A DNA stretch of 64,000 bases from Candidatus Bipolaricaulia bacterium (GCA_042219045.1 JBDGQO010000033.1:1-64000), one strand, 5' to 3'. Numbered from the stretch's first letter, positions 19,146 through 30,554 are shown. Notes: a model not told the origin generated them from the sequence alone. Numbers and translations: made by a program.

Positions 19146-19304
19146 CTACACTTCGCGGTGCGGCGTGTGCGTGCGGCACCACCGGCAGAACTTGTTCAGT
19201 TCCAGCTTGCCGCGAGCGTTCTTCGTGTTCTTGGTCGTGTGATAGTTGCGCCGGCGGCACTCCGTGCACGCCAGCGTCACTTGCTCTACCTGCTCAGACG
19301 GCAT
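19146..19304 (-). CDS. rpmG: 50S ribosomal protein bL33, Zn-binding form (52 aa, absent from the ORF track)
   Basis: Translated manually: [52 protein letters not shown]. Confidence 0.95.
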   Translation of the reverse strand: MPSEQVEQVTLACTECRRRNYHTTKNTKNARGKLELNKFCRWCRTHTPHREV

Positions 19305-19336
19305 GGCTCGGCCTCAATTCGAGATCCTGGGCGGTC

Positions 19337-20536
<1,200 letters not shown>

Positions 20537-20625
20537 AGGCCGCACCCTCCTTGGTCAGTGAAGTGGATAGAAAGCACGACGCGATGCGCGCCGCGCAGCT
20601 GCGCCGCGTTGGCCTCCCCATCCTG

Positions 20626-20700
20626 TGGAGCCCGCGGCCGGGGTCGAACCGGCGGCCTCTACCTTACCAAGGTAGCGCTCTGCCACTGAGCTACGCGGGC
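20626..20700 (-). tRNA. tRNA-Thr(GGT)
   Basis: GCCCGCG...CTACC-TTGGTAA-GGTAG...GTTCGAC...CGCGGGCTCCA. Confidence 0.95.
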
Positions 20701-20712
20701 ACAAGGACCTCT

Positions 20713-20741
20713 ATTGTAGCTCATGGCTTGGGCCGCGGCAA
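20713..20741 (-). promoter_or_regulatory. Internal sigma70 promoter upstream of tRNA-Thr(GGT)-tuf
   Basis: TTGCCG-17 nt-TACAAT. Confidence 0.6.
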
Positions 20742-20750
20742 ACGCCGGGG

Positions 20751-20833
20751 TGGAGGGGGAGGGATTCGAACCCTCGAAGGCAAAAGCCAACGGATTTACA
20801 GTCCGCCCCGTTTGTCCGCTTCGGTACCCCTCC
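20751..20833 (-). tRNA. tRNA-Tyr(GTA), CCA end not fully encoded
   Basis: GGAGGGG acceptor, GCGGA-CTGTAAA-TCCGT anticodon arm, long variable arm, GTTCGAATC. Confidence 0.94.
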
Positions 20834-20855
20834 AAATTTCCAACGATGGGATGGG

Positions 20856-20928
20856 AGCCGGCGGAGGGATTCGAACCCCCGACCTGCGGTTTACAAAACC
20901 GCTGCTCTCCCGACTGAGCTACGCCGGC
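20856..20928 (-). tRNA. tRNA-Thr(TGT), CCA end not exactly encoded
   Basis: GCCGGCG acceptor, GCGGT-TTTGTAA-ACCGC, GTTCGAATC. Confidence 0.94.
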
Positions 20929-20941
20929 GCAGCCATGCTCT

Positions 20942-20970
20942 ATGCTAAACCGTGCTCAGACGGGTTGCAA
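20942..20970 (-). promoter_or_regulatory. sigma70 promoter of the tRNA/tuf cluster
   Basis: TTGCAA-17 nt-TAGCAT, 13 nt before tRNA-Thr(TGT). Confidence 0.65.
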
Positions 20971-20975
20971 GGCGA

Positions 20976-21140
20976 TCAGTCCCGACTGTCCTTGCTCTCC
21001 TCACGCTCCACGAAGTCGAGGATGGCTTGGACGACGAGGTAGTTGACCGAGCGGTCCCGATCCCGGGCCAGTTGGGTCAAGCGCTCAATCGGCTCTTGTT
21101 GGCGCTTTTCCTGCGGCACGTAGATGCTTAGCTTATCCAT
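20976..21140 (-). CDS. Small ribbon-helix-helix (CopG/Arc-like) DNA-binding protein, 54 aa (absent from the ORF track)
   Basis: MDKLSIYVPQEKRQQEPIERLTQLARDRDRSVNYLVVQAILDFVEREESKDSRD; AGGAGGT RBS; upstream TTGAAT-17-TACGCT promoter (21228-21256). Confidence 0.8.
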   Translation of the reverse strand: MDKLSIYVPQEKRQQEPIERLTQLARDRDRSVNYLVVQAILDFVEREESKDSRD

Positions 21141-21252
21141 AGGGGCCGCCGGCACCTCCTGGGATTACGCGGTCGTTCAATGGCGCTGGCCGCCTGGCTC
21201 GTGAGACGACGGGCCTTGGGCATCAGGAGCGTAACAAGCCCATTGAGATCAT

Positions 21253-21687
21253 TCAACTAACTTCGTTCCGGAGCTGTTCCAGCGCTTCCGAATAGCTTTG
21301 CGCCCCTTGTCCGCTCATTTGGGCAATGCAGACATCTTCCAGGACGGACACGCGCCGGAAGGGCTCCCGGCTACGGATGTCGCTCAAGTGCACCTCGACG
21401 GTCGGACGTCCGATCGCCTCAACCGCGTCTCGCAGCGCGTAGCTGTAGTGGGTCAGCGCCCCCGGATTGATGATGACGCCCGCCGCCCAATGGCGCTCGC
21501 GATGGAGGCAGTCGATCAATTCGCCTTCGTGGTTCGACTGGAAAAAGCGCGTCTCAAGGCCCATGTCATGGGCCTGATCGTGGAGATCCGCGTTGATCTG
21601 CTCGAGCGTCTTCGAGCCGTAAACGCCCGGGTCGCGGTCGCCGAGCAGGTTGAGGTTGGGCCCGTGGACGATCAGGATCCGTGTCAT
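21253..21687 (-). CDS. aroQ: Type II 3-dehydroquinate dehydratase
   Basis: HGPNLNLLGDRDPGVYG, QSNHEGELID, INPGALTHYS, EVHLSDIRSREPFR. Confidence 0.95.
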   Translation of the reverse strand: MTRILIVHGPNLNLLGDRDPGVYGSKTLEQINADLHDQAHDMGLETRFFQSNHEGELIDCLHRERHWAAGVIINPGALTHYSYALRDAVEAIGRPTVEVHLSDIRSREPFRRVSVLEDVCIAQMSGQGAQSYSEALEQLRNEVS

Positions 21688-22787
21688 CGTGAGCGCGGCG
21701 GTCGTTGGGCGATCGATTCGAGGGCTTGGCGAACCTCGGCCTCGTCGACGGTGGCCAGTCGGGCGTCGCCAAGTGCGTCGAGCAGGACGCATCGGACGCG
21801 GCCAGCATCGGCCTTTTTGTCCCGACGAACATACGTGACAACTTCGTCGACGTCAAGGTCGTCAGGCCACGCGGGCACGGCAAACGCGTCCACGAGCTGG
21901 TCGATGCGCTCGACCGCCTCGCCCGGCAATCGCCCGCGTTCGTGGGCGATGCGGGCCTCGCCCCACATCCCCCAGACGACGGCCTCGCCGTGCAAGAACC
22001 GTCCATAATCCGTTGCCGCTTCGAGGGCGTGGCCCAGTGTATGGCCGAAGTTGAGCAGCGCGCGCTCGCCGTTGGCTTCGCGCTCGTCGCGGGCGACAAT
22101 CCCGCTCTTGATGGCGACCGAGCGCTCGACCAGCGAGGCCAGCACCGCCACCTCCGCCAGTCGGCCCCCCCAGAGGATGCGTTCGGCGTCGTCGAACAAC
22201 GCCGGGTCGGCAATGAGCCCATATTTGACGACCTCGGCAAAGCCATTGGCGAGCTGTCGCTCGTCGAGCGTCGTTAAGAGCTCGGGGTCGGCCACCACCG
22301 CTCGCGGCTGATGGAACGCGCCGACGAGGTTCTTCCCGAGGCGATGGTTGATGCCCGTCTTGCCGCCGATGGCGGCGTCGACTTGCGCCAGCAGCGTCGT
22401 GGGAACGGCGACCCAGTCGATCCCGCGCATGTAGGTCGCGGCGACGAAGCCGGCCAGGTCGCCCACGACGCCGCCGCCCAAAGCCACGACGGTCGCCCCT
22501 CGGTCGAAGGCGGCCCACCCGAGTCGCGTGTACAGACGATCCGCCCACTGCCACGACTTGCTCGGCTCGCCCGGCGGCACGGGGATCAACTGGGCGTCGA
22601 CGCCCGCTCCGCGCAGCGTCTGCAGCACGCGGGCCCCGTGGTGCTTCTCCACCGTCTTGTCGGTGATGATCGCCGCGCTCGATCCGAGGTCCCGTTCTGC
22701 CCAAATCGCACCGAGCCGCTCGATCGCGCTGCGCTCGACGTGGACGGGATACCCCCGCTCGGCGAGCTCAACCGGGATCGTCGCCAT
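21684..22787 (-). CDS. aroB: 3-dehydroquinate synthase
   Basis: GGGVVGDLAGFVAATYMRG, PTTLLAQVDAAIGGKTGIN, LNFGHTLGHALE, LHGEAV. Confidence 0.95.
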   Translation of the reverse strand: MATIPVELAERGYPVHVERSAIERLGAIWAERDLGSSAAIITDKTVEKHHGARVLQTLRGAGVDAQLIPVPPGEPSKSWQWADRLYTRLGWAAFDRGATVVALGGGVVGDLAGFVAATYMRGIDWVAVPTTLLAQVDAAIGGKTGINHRLGKNLVGAFHQPRAVVADPELLTTLDERQLANGFAEVVKYGLIADPALFDDAERILWGGRLAEVAVLASLVERSVAIKSGIVARDEREANGERALLNFGHTLGHALEAATDYGRFLHGEAVVWGMWGEARIAHERGRLPGEAVERIDQLVDAFAVPAWPDDLDVDEVVTYVRRDKKADAGRVRCVLLDALGDARLATVDEAEVRQALESIAQRPPRSR

Positions 22788-23331
22788 GGTCGAGCCAGCC
22801 CTTTTCACTGAGCCTCGCCCACAGCCGACGGAGCGCGTCGCTCGGGTCGCCCTCGTTGTCGACGGCCACGTCGGCGATCGCCTCATACCACGGCTCGCGT
22901 CGGGCGAGCAGCGCTTGGAGGATTGATTGGGGATCGTCGGCGTCGCGCAACAGTGGACGATCGGTTTCATCGGCCACCCGGCGCGCAAGGGTCGGCGGGC
23001 GAGCTCGGAGATAGACGACGCAGCCGTGCAGGCGGAGCATGCGGCGATTCGTGGCCCGCTCGGGCGTCCCCCCACCGAGCGCTACAACCGAAGGGGGCCC
23101 TGCGTTCAACTCAGCGAGCGCGGCGGATTCGAGGTCGCGAAAGTAGGACTCGCCGTAACGCTGGAAAATGTCGGGAACCTCAAACCCCGCGCGCCGCTCG
23201 ATCCGCTTGTCGAGGTCGATAAAAGGACGGTCGAGTTCGCGCGCGAGCCTCCGTCCCAGTGTCGACTTGCCCGATCCCATCATGCCCATGAGATAGATCG
23301 TGGGCGGGGCATTAGTAGGCGGGCGCCTCAT
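22768..23331 (-). CDS. aroK: Shikimate kinase
   Basis: GMMGSGKST, FIDLD, GESYFRDLE, VALGGG, RPLL. Confidence 0.92.
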   Translation of the reverse strand: MRRPPTNAPPTIYLMGMMGSGKSTLGRRLARELDRPFIDLDKRIERRAGFEVPDIFQRYGESYFRDLESAALAELNAGPPSVVALGGGTPERATNRRMLRLHGCVVYLRARPPTLARRVADETDRPLLRDADDPQSILQALLARREPWYEAIADVAVDNEGDPSDALRRLWARLSEKGWLDHGDDPG

Positions 23332-24136
23332 GGGAGGAACGCGTGGCCGCCTTCAGGTCCTGGACAAAACGCTGCACGGCCTCGGGCGCGTCGCCGTTGG
23401 CGATCCGCGAGACGATCGCGCTGCCGACGATGGCCCCTTGCGCCCCGGCCTGGATGACGTCCCGGACGTGCTCGGGTTCGGAGAGCCCGAAGCCAACCGC
23501 AATGGGCAACTCGGCGGGAACGTGCTCGCGCGTCTGCTCGATCAGCTTGGCGATATGGGTGTCGAGTTGGGCGCGTGCGCCCGTCACGCCGTAGCGGCCG
23601 ACGAGGTAGAGGAAGCCGCTCGTCTCCGCGGCGATGTGAGCCATGCGCTGCTCGTCCGTCTCGGGGGTGGCGAGAAAGATGGCGTCCAGTCGAGCTGCTC
23701 GCGCGGCCTGCAGCCACGAGTCGGCCTCCTCGACGGGCAGATCGGGCACGATGACGCCGTCGACGCCCACATGTTGGGCCTGGCGGGCGAACCCCTCTTC
23801 GCCCATGGCAAATATGGGGGTGTAGTAGGTCATGAGCACGATCGGCACCGACGAGCCATTGTCAGAAGCCCGCAGGCGCTGGACCAACTCGAAGATCGTC
23901 TCCGGCGTCGTGTCTGCCTCCAGGGCCCGAACGTCGGCGGCCTGGATCGTGGGGCCGTCGGCGATGGGATCGGAGAACGGGACGCCGAGCTCCAGCACGT
24001 CGACGCCGCCTGCCACCAGCGCCTCGGCGTAGCGGGCACTCTGCTCCCATGACGGGTCGCCGGCCATGAGGTAGCCGATCAGGGCCCCGTCCTCGGTCTG
24101 GGCCAGCGTCTCGAACGCCTTACGGATGCGCGTCAT
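23312..24136 (-). CDS. trpA: Tryptophan synthase alpha chain
   Basis: [40 protein letters not shown]. Confidence 0.95.
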   Translation of the reverse strand: MTRIRKAFETLAQTEDGALIGYLMAGDPSWEQSARYAEALVAGGVDVLELGVPFSDPIADGPTIQAADVRALEADTTPETIFELVQRLRASDNGSSVPIVLMTYYTPIFAMGEEGFARQAQHVGVDGVIVPDLPVEEADSWLQAARAARLDAIFLATPETDEQRMAHIAAETSGFLYLVGRYGVTGARAQLDTHIAKLIEQTREHVPAELPIAVGFGLSEPEHVRDVIQAGAQGAIVGSAIVSRIANGDAPEAVQRFVQDLKAATRSSHEAPAY

Positions 24137-25349
24137 CGTATTGGCGAACCGTGTCGAGGTCCTTGTCGCCGCGGCCGGACATCGTCAGCACGACCAATCC
24201 GTCCCGTCCCAACTGCTTGGCCTTGTCGACGACGACCGGAACGGCGTGGGCCGGCTCCAGCGCGGGCAGCATGCCCTCCAGTTCCGACAGTTGCCGGAAT
24301 CCCGCCATGGCGTCCGCGTCGTCGGCCGCGACGTAGTGGACGCGGCCCGAATCGCGGTAGAACGCGTGCTCGGGCCCGACGGAGGGATAGTCGAGGCCGG
24401 CGGAGACGCTGTGGGTCGCCTGAATTTGGCCCCACTCGTCCTGCATGACGTAGCTCTTGGCCCCATGGAGAACGCCGACCCGCCCGTAGGCCAACGGCGC
24501 TGCGTGGCCCTCGTCGGAGCCGCCCGCCTCCACGCCCAGAAGCTGGACGTCGTCGTCATCGACGAACGGGTAGAACGTTCCCAGGGCGTTGCTGCCGCCG
24601 CCGACGCAGGCGACGACAAGATCGGGCAGGCGGCGCTCCTGGCGCAGCATTTGCCCCTTGATCTCGTCGCCGATGACGCGCTGGAACTCGCGCACGATCC
24701 AGGGGAACGGATACGGACCGACAACTGAGCCGATAATGTAGTGGGCCTCGCGGACGTTGGTGGCCCAGTCGCGCATGGCTTCGTTGATGGCGTCCTTGAG
24801 CGTGCCCGTGCCGCCGTCGACGGGACGCACGTTCGCGCCCATGAGCTCCATGCGATAGACGTTGGGCCGCTGGCGTTCCATGTCGGTCCGGCCCATGAAG
24901 ACGTCGACGGTCATCCCGAGCGCAGCCCCGATCATCGCCGTCGCGACGCCGTGCTGGCCCGCGCCCGTCTCAGCGATCAAGCGTGACTTGCCCATGTGTT
25001 TTGCCAAAAGCGCCTGACCAAGCGCGTTGTTCAGCTTATGCGCCCCGCCGTGGAGGAGGTCCTCCCGCTTGAGATAGACCCGTGCGCCCCCGGCATGCTC
25101 CGAGAGCCGCTCCGCGTGATACAACGGCGTCGGTCGGCCGGCAAAGTCGGCAAGGTAGCGTCGCAGTTCGCTCTGGAAGCGATCCGAGGCTTGCGCGTCC
25201 TCGAAGGCCTCCTCCAGCTGGCCCAGCGCCGGCATCAGGATCTCCGGCGCGAAGCGGCCGCCGAAGCGGCCGAAGTGGCCATCCTGGGGCCAGGCGCTCA
25301 GTCGCTGTGGCGCGTCAGACTCCGGCGATGCTCGACGTTCGGTGACCAT
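24120..25349 (-). CDS. trpB: Tryptophan synthase beta chain
   Basis: [52 protein letters not shown]. Confidence 0.96.
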   Translation of the reverse strand: MVTERRASPESDAPQRLSAWPQDGHFGRFGGRFAPEILMPALGQLEEAFEDAQASDRFQSELRRYLADFAGRPTPLYHAERLSEHAGGARVYLKREDLLHGGAHKLNNALGQALLAKHMGKSRLIAETGAGQHGVATAMIGAALGMTVDVFMGRTDMERQRPNVYRMELMGANVRPVDGGTGTLKDAINEAMRDWATNVREAHYIIGSVVGPYPFPWIVREFQRVIGDEIKGQMLRQERRLPDLVVACVGGGSNALGTFYPFVDDDDVQLLGVEAGGSDEGHAAPLAYGRVGVLHGAKSYVMQDEWGQIQATHSVSAGLDYPSVGPEHAFYRDSGRVHYVAADDADAMAGFRQLSELEGMLPALEPAHAVPVVVDKAKQLGRDGLVVLTMSGRGDKDLDTVRQYDDAHP

Positions 25350-25992
25350 CTCGGACCTCCTCTAAGAACGCGTTGACGCGGTCGGGGGCCTTGCGGTCGT
25401 TCGCTTCCACGCCGGAGCTGACGTCGACGCCGTAGGGGCGCACGACCTCGATCGCCTCGCGAACGTTGTCGGCGGTCAGCCCGCCCGCCAGGATCAGCGG
25501 ACAGGGCGAGATCACATCCCGGATGCGCCGACTGACGGTCCAGTCGTGGGGCCTGCCCGTGCCCCCGCTCTGTCCGTCGACGTTCGTGTCCACGAGCAGG
25601 GCGTCGATCGGCGCTTCGGCTCGCGCGGCGGCCTGCCGCACCGTTTGCGGGCCCGCGTCCGCCGTGAGCCCCAATACGCCAATGAGGCGCACGCTCAGCG
25701 GCAGCATTGCGCGGATGCAGCCCAAGTCCTGGGGCGAGGCCTCGGCGTGGATCTGGATCGCGTCGGGTTCCGTCGCCTCGGCGAGCTCGGCGACCTCGTG
25801 CGGATCCGTCGTCGTGGTGACCAGCACCGCCGAGGTAAACGGCGCCACGCAGTCCATGAGCGCCCGGGCGCATGCCGGTTCGAGGTTGCGAGGCGAGGAC
25901 GGGACGCCGACGACAAAGCCTTGGGCGTCGGCGCCGCTGGTGGCCGCAAGGTCTTCGGGGCTTCGGTTGCCGCAGAGTTTCGTTCGCGTCAT
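25315..25992 (-). CDS. trpF: Phosphoribosylanthranilate isomerase
   Basis: [34 protein letters not shown]. Confidence 0.93.
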   Translation of the reverse strand: MTRTKLCGNRSPEDLAATSGADAQGFVVGVPSSPRNLEPACARALMDCVAPFTSAVLVTTTTDPHEVAELAEATEPDAIQIHAEASPQDLGCIRAMLPLSVRLIGVLGLTADAGPQTVRQAAARAEAPIDALLVDTNVDGQSGGTGRPHDWTVSRRIRDVISPCPLILAGGLTADNVREAIEVVRPYGVDVSSGVEANDRKAPDRVNAFLEEVRDGHRTSSIAGV

Positions 25993-26098
25993 GGGTTCAC
26001 GATTCCCTCCCCAGGAACGTCATCTTAGGCCGTGCTGCGTCCCGAATCAACGGATACGGGTTGGACGGTTAGGCATGAAGCTGTACCCTCACGGTGGC

Positions 26099-26869
26099 AT
26101 GGAAACCGAGATCCGTCAACTGGCCGGGCGGCTCCGCGACGCTCAGTACGCCGTCGCGCTCACCGGCGCCGGCGTCTCGACGGAATCGGGCATTCCCGAC
26201 TTCCGCAGCCCCGACAGCGGCCTCTGGGCCCGTGCCGATCCCGAAGTCGTCGCGTCCGTTGAGGGATTTCAGCGCGATCCGGAAGGGTTTTACGAGTTCT
26301 GGACGTGGCGCTTCCCTAAGCTCAAAGACGCCCAGCCGAACGCCACGCATCGTCTGTTGGCTGAACTGGAACGGCAGGGGATGATCCAGGCTGTGATCAC
26401 CCAGAACATCGACGGGCTCCACCGCGACGCGGGCTCCCAGACCGTCCGGGAAGTGCACGGCACGTATCGTCAGGGCGTCTGTGTCGCGTGCGGGCACCTG
26501 GTCCCCATCGAAGCGGTCTTTGAGCAAGTCCAATCCGGAGGATTACCGTACTGCAAGCGTTGCGACGGGTTGATAAAGCCGGACGTCGTCCTCTTCGGCG
26601 AGATGCTGCCCGAGGCGTTTCTCGACGCGCAGGCCGACGCGGAGCGGGCCGATCTCCTGCTGGCGCTCGGGTCGTCCCTGGAAGTCCATCCGGTGGCCGG
26701 GCTCGTCCCGCGAGCGCAAGGAAGCGGCGCGCGGGTCGCGATCGCCAACCGCGACCCGACGCCGTATGACGATCTTGCCGATGTTGTGATTCACGACGAC
26801 CTTGGTCCCGTCGTCGACCAACTTGCGGATGCCCTCGGCATTCCGCTTGCCCCTTCAGATGGGCCTTAG
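26099..26869 (+). CDS. cobB: NAD-dependent protein deacylase (sirtuin, CobB/NpdA type)
   Basis: GAGVSTESGIPDFR, ITQNIDGLH, HG, Zn CxxC..CxxC, KPDVVLFGE, GSSLEVHP. Confidence 0.9.
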   Translation: METEIRQLAGRLRDAQYAVALTGAGVSTESGIPDFRSPDSGLWARADPEVVASVEGFQRDPEGFYEFWTWRFPKLKDAQPNATHRLLAELERQGMIQAVITQNIDGLHRDAGSQTVREVHGTYRQGVCVACGHLVPIEAVFEQVQSGGLPYCKRCDGLIKPDVVLFGEMLPEAFLDAQADAERADLLLALGSSLEVHPVAGLVPRAQGSGARVAIANRDPTPYDDLADVVIHDDLGPVVDQLADALGIPLAPSDGP

Positions 26870-26875
26870 CGCAGT

Positions 26876-27793
26876 TCAGTTCTTCGACGCTTGTTGGCTC
26901 CCATCGCCGAGCTCGTCCATGATCGATTTCAACTCTGATAAGTTGAACAAGCGCAAGTATTCGGAGTCCGTCGAAAGGACGATTCGACTTCCGTTTCCTT
27001 TGGCGAACGTGTTGCTGTAGGACTCAAGCGTGCGCCAGAAGCGATAGAAGTCCGGATCCTGGCTGTAGGTTTCGGCGTAAATGCGCAGCGCCTCCGCGTC
27101 CGCTCGCCCGCGGATCTCTTGAGCCTTGCGCTTGGCTTCCGACTTGATCACGGTTGCCTTTCGATCGGCTTCGGCCCGGATCCGAGTGGCCTCTTCGCGT
27201 CCTTCGGCACGCAGTTGCGAGGCCTTCTGCTGGCGTTCGGACTTCATGCGGTTGTAGACGGCCTGTTCGTTGGCTTGGGGCAGGTCGGCCCGACGGATGC
27301 GCACGTCCAGCACTTTGACGCCGAGGCTCGACAATTGATTGGCGGAGTTCTGGGTAATCGTCTTCATGTAGCCTTGGCGTTTCTGGGAGACGATGTCGTC
27401 GAGGGTGTTGTCGGCCAGGATGTTGCGCAGGTTGGAGAAGACGATGTTGTCGATGCGCAATTGCGCCGTGCTAAAACTGCCGTTAACGGTCTCACGGAAC
27501 TTGCGGGGGTTCTCCACCCGCCAGAGCGCGTAGTTGTCCACAACCAGTTTGCGCTGATCCTGCGTGATGATCTCCTTGGGCTTGATGTTGTAAGTCTGCA
27601 GCCGTGAGTCGTAGAACTCCACGTTCTGCACGAACGGCTGCTTGAAGTGCAATCCTGGCTCCGTCACGATTCGCTCGATCTTGCCGAACCGCAGCACGGC
27701 TGCCACCTTCGTCTCATCCACGCGGAATGTAAACTGATTGAACGCAACCAACCCTAACACCACGATCACGACGAACACGAGGAGCGTCCTCAT
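26876..27793 (-). CDS. hflC: FtsH protease modulator HflC
   Basis: PGLHFKQPF, RMKSER, RAEGRE, DPDFYRFWRTLESY. Confidence 0.93.
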   Translation of the reverse strand: MRTLLVFVVIVVLGLVAFNQFTFRVDETKVAAVLRFGKIERIVTEPGLHFKQPFVQNVEFYDSRLQTYNIKPKEIITQDQRKLVVDNYALWRVENPRKFRETVNGSFSTAQLRIDNIVFSNLRNILADNTLDDIVSQKRQGYMKTITQNSANQLSSLGVKVLDVRIRRADLPQANEQAVYNRMKSERQQKASQLRAEGREEATRIRAEADRKATVIKSEAKRKAQEIRGRADAEALRIYAETYSQDPDFYRFWRTLESYSNTFAKGNGSRIVLSTDSEYLRLFNLSELKSIMDELGDGSQQASKN

Positions 27794-28845
27794 TCGGACT
27801 CCTTCCCTTGCGAGCTCTTAGCGGGGCTCTGTTCCATGAGACGCGAGAAGTCGATCATGTTGAGCGTGCCGTTCTTGCTGATGCTGTCCGAGACGACCAG
27901 TGGCTGCATATTGGGCACGACCTGTTCCATCGTCTCGATGTAGAGCCGCTCGATGGTGACGGATCGATCACCGACCTTGTATTGCTGCAGGACATTCTCG
28001 AATCGTGCCACGTCACCCTTCGCTCGATTGAGTTTTTGGGCCTTGTAGCCTTGGGCTTCCTGGACAATCTTCTCCGCTTGGCCGCGGGCCTTCGGGATGA
28101 CGTCGTTGCGATACGCCTTGGCCTCGTTGATGAATGTCTCCTTGTCTTGGCGGGCGCTGTTGACGTCGTCGAACGCCGGTTGCACCGGCTTAGGCGGTTG
28201 GACGTCCTGCAGCTTGACGGCGGCGATGTCAATGCCCGTGTTGTACTGATCCAGTTGCTTTTGGAGTCGTCTCTTCACGTCCGCGGCGATCTCGTCACGG
28301 GCCGTGGTGAGAATGGGGTCCAGGTCGCGCTGTGCGACTTGCTCACGGATAATGGCCTCCGCAGCGTTGCTTACCACCGCTTTTGGTTTGCGAACGTTGA
28401 ACGCGAAGTTCTTCGCGTTGGCGACGTCGTATTGGACGACCGTATCGATCCAGACGATGTTGCCATCCCCGGTCAACATCAGCGCCTCTTCGGGGACTTC
28501 CTGATATTGGGGATTGGGCGGTGGACTGATGGTCCGGAAGCCGATCTCTTCCTTGCGACGGCTCTTCGTATCGACAATGGTTACGCTGGAGACCGGCCAG
28601 GGCATGTGCCAGTGAATGCCGGGTTTGCTGCTGCCAATGTAGGCACCAAAGCGCTTGACCAGTCCCGTCTCGGACGGGCCGACCTGATAGAAGCCGCTGA
28701 ACAGCCAAATGCCGATGATTACGGCAATGATTAACCATCCAACCCAGCTTCCGAGCTGGTTGAGCTTTTGCCCCCAGTTCTTCCATTCGTCCCATTGTTG
28801 TCGTTCGTTGCCGAACTCGTCTTCAAAGTCGAACGGACTTCGCAT
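27790..28845 (-). CDS. hflK: FtsH protease modulator HflK
   Basis: PGIHWHMPWP, MLTGDGNIV, PKPVQPAFDDV, IPKARGQA, ERLYIETME. Confidence 0.93.
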   Translation of the reverse strand: MRSPFDFEDEFGNERQQWDEWKNWGQKLNQLGSWVGWLIIAVIIGIWLFSGFYQVGPSETGLVKRFGAYIGSSKPGIHWHMPWPVSSVTIVDTKSRRKEEIGFRTISPPPNPQYQEVPEEALMLTGDGNIVWIDTVVQYDVANAKNFAFNVRKPKAVVSNAAEAIIREQVAQRDLDPILTTARDEIAADVKRRLQKQLDQYNTGIDIAAVKLQDVQPPKPVQPAFDDVNSARQDKETFINEAKAYRNDVIPKARGQAEKIVQEAQGYKAQKLNRAKGDVARFENVLQQYKVGDRSVTIERLYIETMEQVVPNMQPLVVSDSISKNGTLNMIDFSRLMEQSPAKSSQGKESE

Positions 28846-28930
28846 GTAACCTCCCTCGACGGTGATCAGGGCTCATTTGAGCCCACAATAAAATCATCAT
28901 AGTCGTCGCTTCCCCAACTCTTCAAGACAG

Positions 28931-28959
28931 TTGCATTCTGAAGGGGGGCCGCTTATCCT
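28931..28959 (+). promoter_or_regulatory. sigma70 promoter giving a probably leaderless guaA mRNA
   Basis: TTGCAT-17 nt-TATCCT, 6 nt before the ATG; no SD. Confidence 0.65.
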
Positions 28960-28965
28960 AAAAAG

Positions 28966-30540
28966 ATGACGGAGGTTCACGCCGTGAACGGCGAACGCGT
29001 GCTCATCGTCGATTTTGGGTCCCAATACACGCGCTTGATCGCTCGCCTGATTCGAGAGCACGGCGTCTACACCGACGTGGTGACGCCCGACGTCGACGCG
29101 GACGAGCTTCGGCGAAACCCGCCGTCCGCGGTGGTGCTCTCCGGCGGGCCGGCCAGCGTCTACGACGCCGACGCGCCCGAAGTGCCCGAAACGGCGTTCC
29201 GGCTCGGCGTGCCGACGTTGGGCATCTGCTACGGGAGCCAACTGTTGGCCCACCAACAGGGCGGCCGCGTCGAGCGGGCCCAGCCCGAATACGGGACTGC
29301 CACGGTTCGAATCGAACGTCAACACAAAGTCCTCGCGGGCCTGGATAACGAAGAGCGCGTCTGGATGAGCCACGGCGACGTTATCACCGAACTGCCCGAC
29401 GGCTTCCGGGTTCTCGCTCGCTCGCAGGAGGACGATGGCACGGACGCACTGATTGCGGCGATCGGAAACGACGACGGCTCGATGATCGGCCTCCAGTTCC
29501 ATCCCGAAGTGCAACATACCCCCCGGGGCCGACAAATCCTACGCAACTGGCTATTCGACGTTTGCGGCCTGCACGGCGGCTGGGCGCCGGCCGGTCAGGT
29601 GGATCGACTGATCGAACGGACCTCTCGTGACGTGGGCGATGGGCGGGCGCTCATTGCCGTGTCGGGCGGCGTCGACTCGAGCACGGCGGCGGTATTGGCC
29701 CATCGGGCGCTCGGCGAGCGGCTGCTGCCCGTCTTCGTCGATACGGGGCTGTTGCGCGAGAGCGAGCCCGAGCGCGTCCGCGACGTCTTCCATCAACTGG
29801 GGCTGGACGTTGACTTTGTCGATGCCAAGGAGCGTTTCTACGAGCAACTGCGCGGGGTCGTCGATCCGGAGGCGAAGCGCCGGATCATCGGCGAGACGTT
29901 CATCCGCGTTTTTGAAGAGGAGGCCGCGCGGCTGCAGGCCCGCGTCGGCCCCATTGACCTGCTCATTCAGGGGACGATCCACTCCGATGTCATCGAAAGC
30001 GGGGGCACGGCCCAATCAGCTCGCATCAAGAGCCACCACAACGTCGGTGGGCTCCCCGAACGGCTGGGGTTCCGGGTCGTCGAGCCGCTGCGCGACCTGT
30101 TCAAAGATGAGGTGCGCGAGGTCGGCCGCGCACTCGGCCTGCCCGACGCCATCGTCGACGAGCCGCCCTTCCCGGGGCCCGGCTTGGCCGTCCGTATCTT
30201 GGGCGAGGTGCACCCGGAGCAGGTCGAGGTTCTGCAGCGGGCCGACGCGATCCTTCGCCATGAGATCGCCCAAGCCGGGCTGCGCTACGACGTCTGGCAG
30301 TACTTCGCGGTGCTGTTGCCCCAGCGGAGCGTCGCGGTCCGCGGCGACGAGCGGGGCTACGGACACGTCGTGGCGTTGCGGGCGGTCGATTCGCGCGACG
30401 GCATGACGGCGGACTGGTATCGCCTCCCCCATGAGCTGCTGGCGACGGTGTCCGGCCGCATCACGAACGAGATCCCTGACGTCACGCGCGTCGTCTACGA
30501 CGTGACCTCGAAGCCGCCCGGAACCATCGAGTGGGAGTAG
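28966..30540 (+). CDS. guaA: GMP synthase (glutamine-hydrolysing)
   Basis: DFGSQYT, GICYG, QFHPEV, SGGVDSS, KSHHNVGG, PFPGPGL, KPPGTIEWE. Confidence 0.97.
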   Translation: MTEVHAVNGERVLIVDFGSQYTRLIARLIREHGVYTDVVTPDVDADELRRNPPSAVVLSGGPASVYDADAPEVPETAFRLGVPTLGICYGSQLLAHQQGGRVERAQPEYGTATVRIERQHKVLAGLDNEERVWMSHGDVITELPDGFRVLARSQEDDGTDALIAAIGNDDGSMIGLQFHPEVQHTPRGRQILRNWLFDVCGLHGGWAPAGQVDRLIERTSRDVGDGRALIAVSGGVDSSTAAVLAHRALGERLLPVFVDTGLLRESEPERVRDVFHQLGLDVDFVDAKERFYEQLRGVVDPEAKRRIIGETFIRVFEEEAARLQARVGPIDLLIQGTIHSDVIESGGTAQSARIKSHHNVGGLPERLGFRVVEPLRDLFKDEVREVGRALGLPDAIVDEPPFPGPGLAVRILGEVHPEQVEVLQRADAILRHEIAQAGLRYDVWQYFAVLLPQRSVAVRGDERGYGHVVALRAVDSRDGMTADWYRLPHELLATVSGRITNEIPDVTRVVYDVTSKPPGTIEWE

Positions 30541-30554
30541 CCGAAACGGACAGC

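Noticed and set aside
20701..20750. Degenerate tRNA-Gly remnant
   Set aside because: Only 50 bp, with no T-arm or anticodon arm
26099..26869. Sirtuin as an anti-phage (Thoeris/DSR-type) gene
   Set aside because: Typical stand-alone Zn-binding CobB/NpdA deacylase; no defence partners nearby
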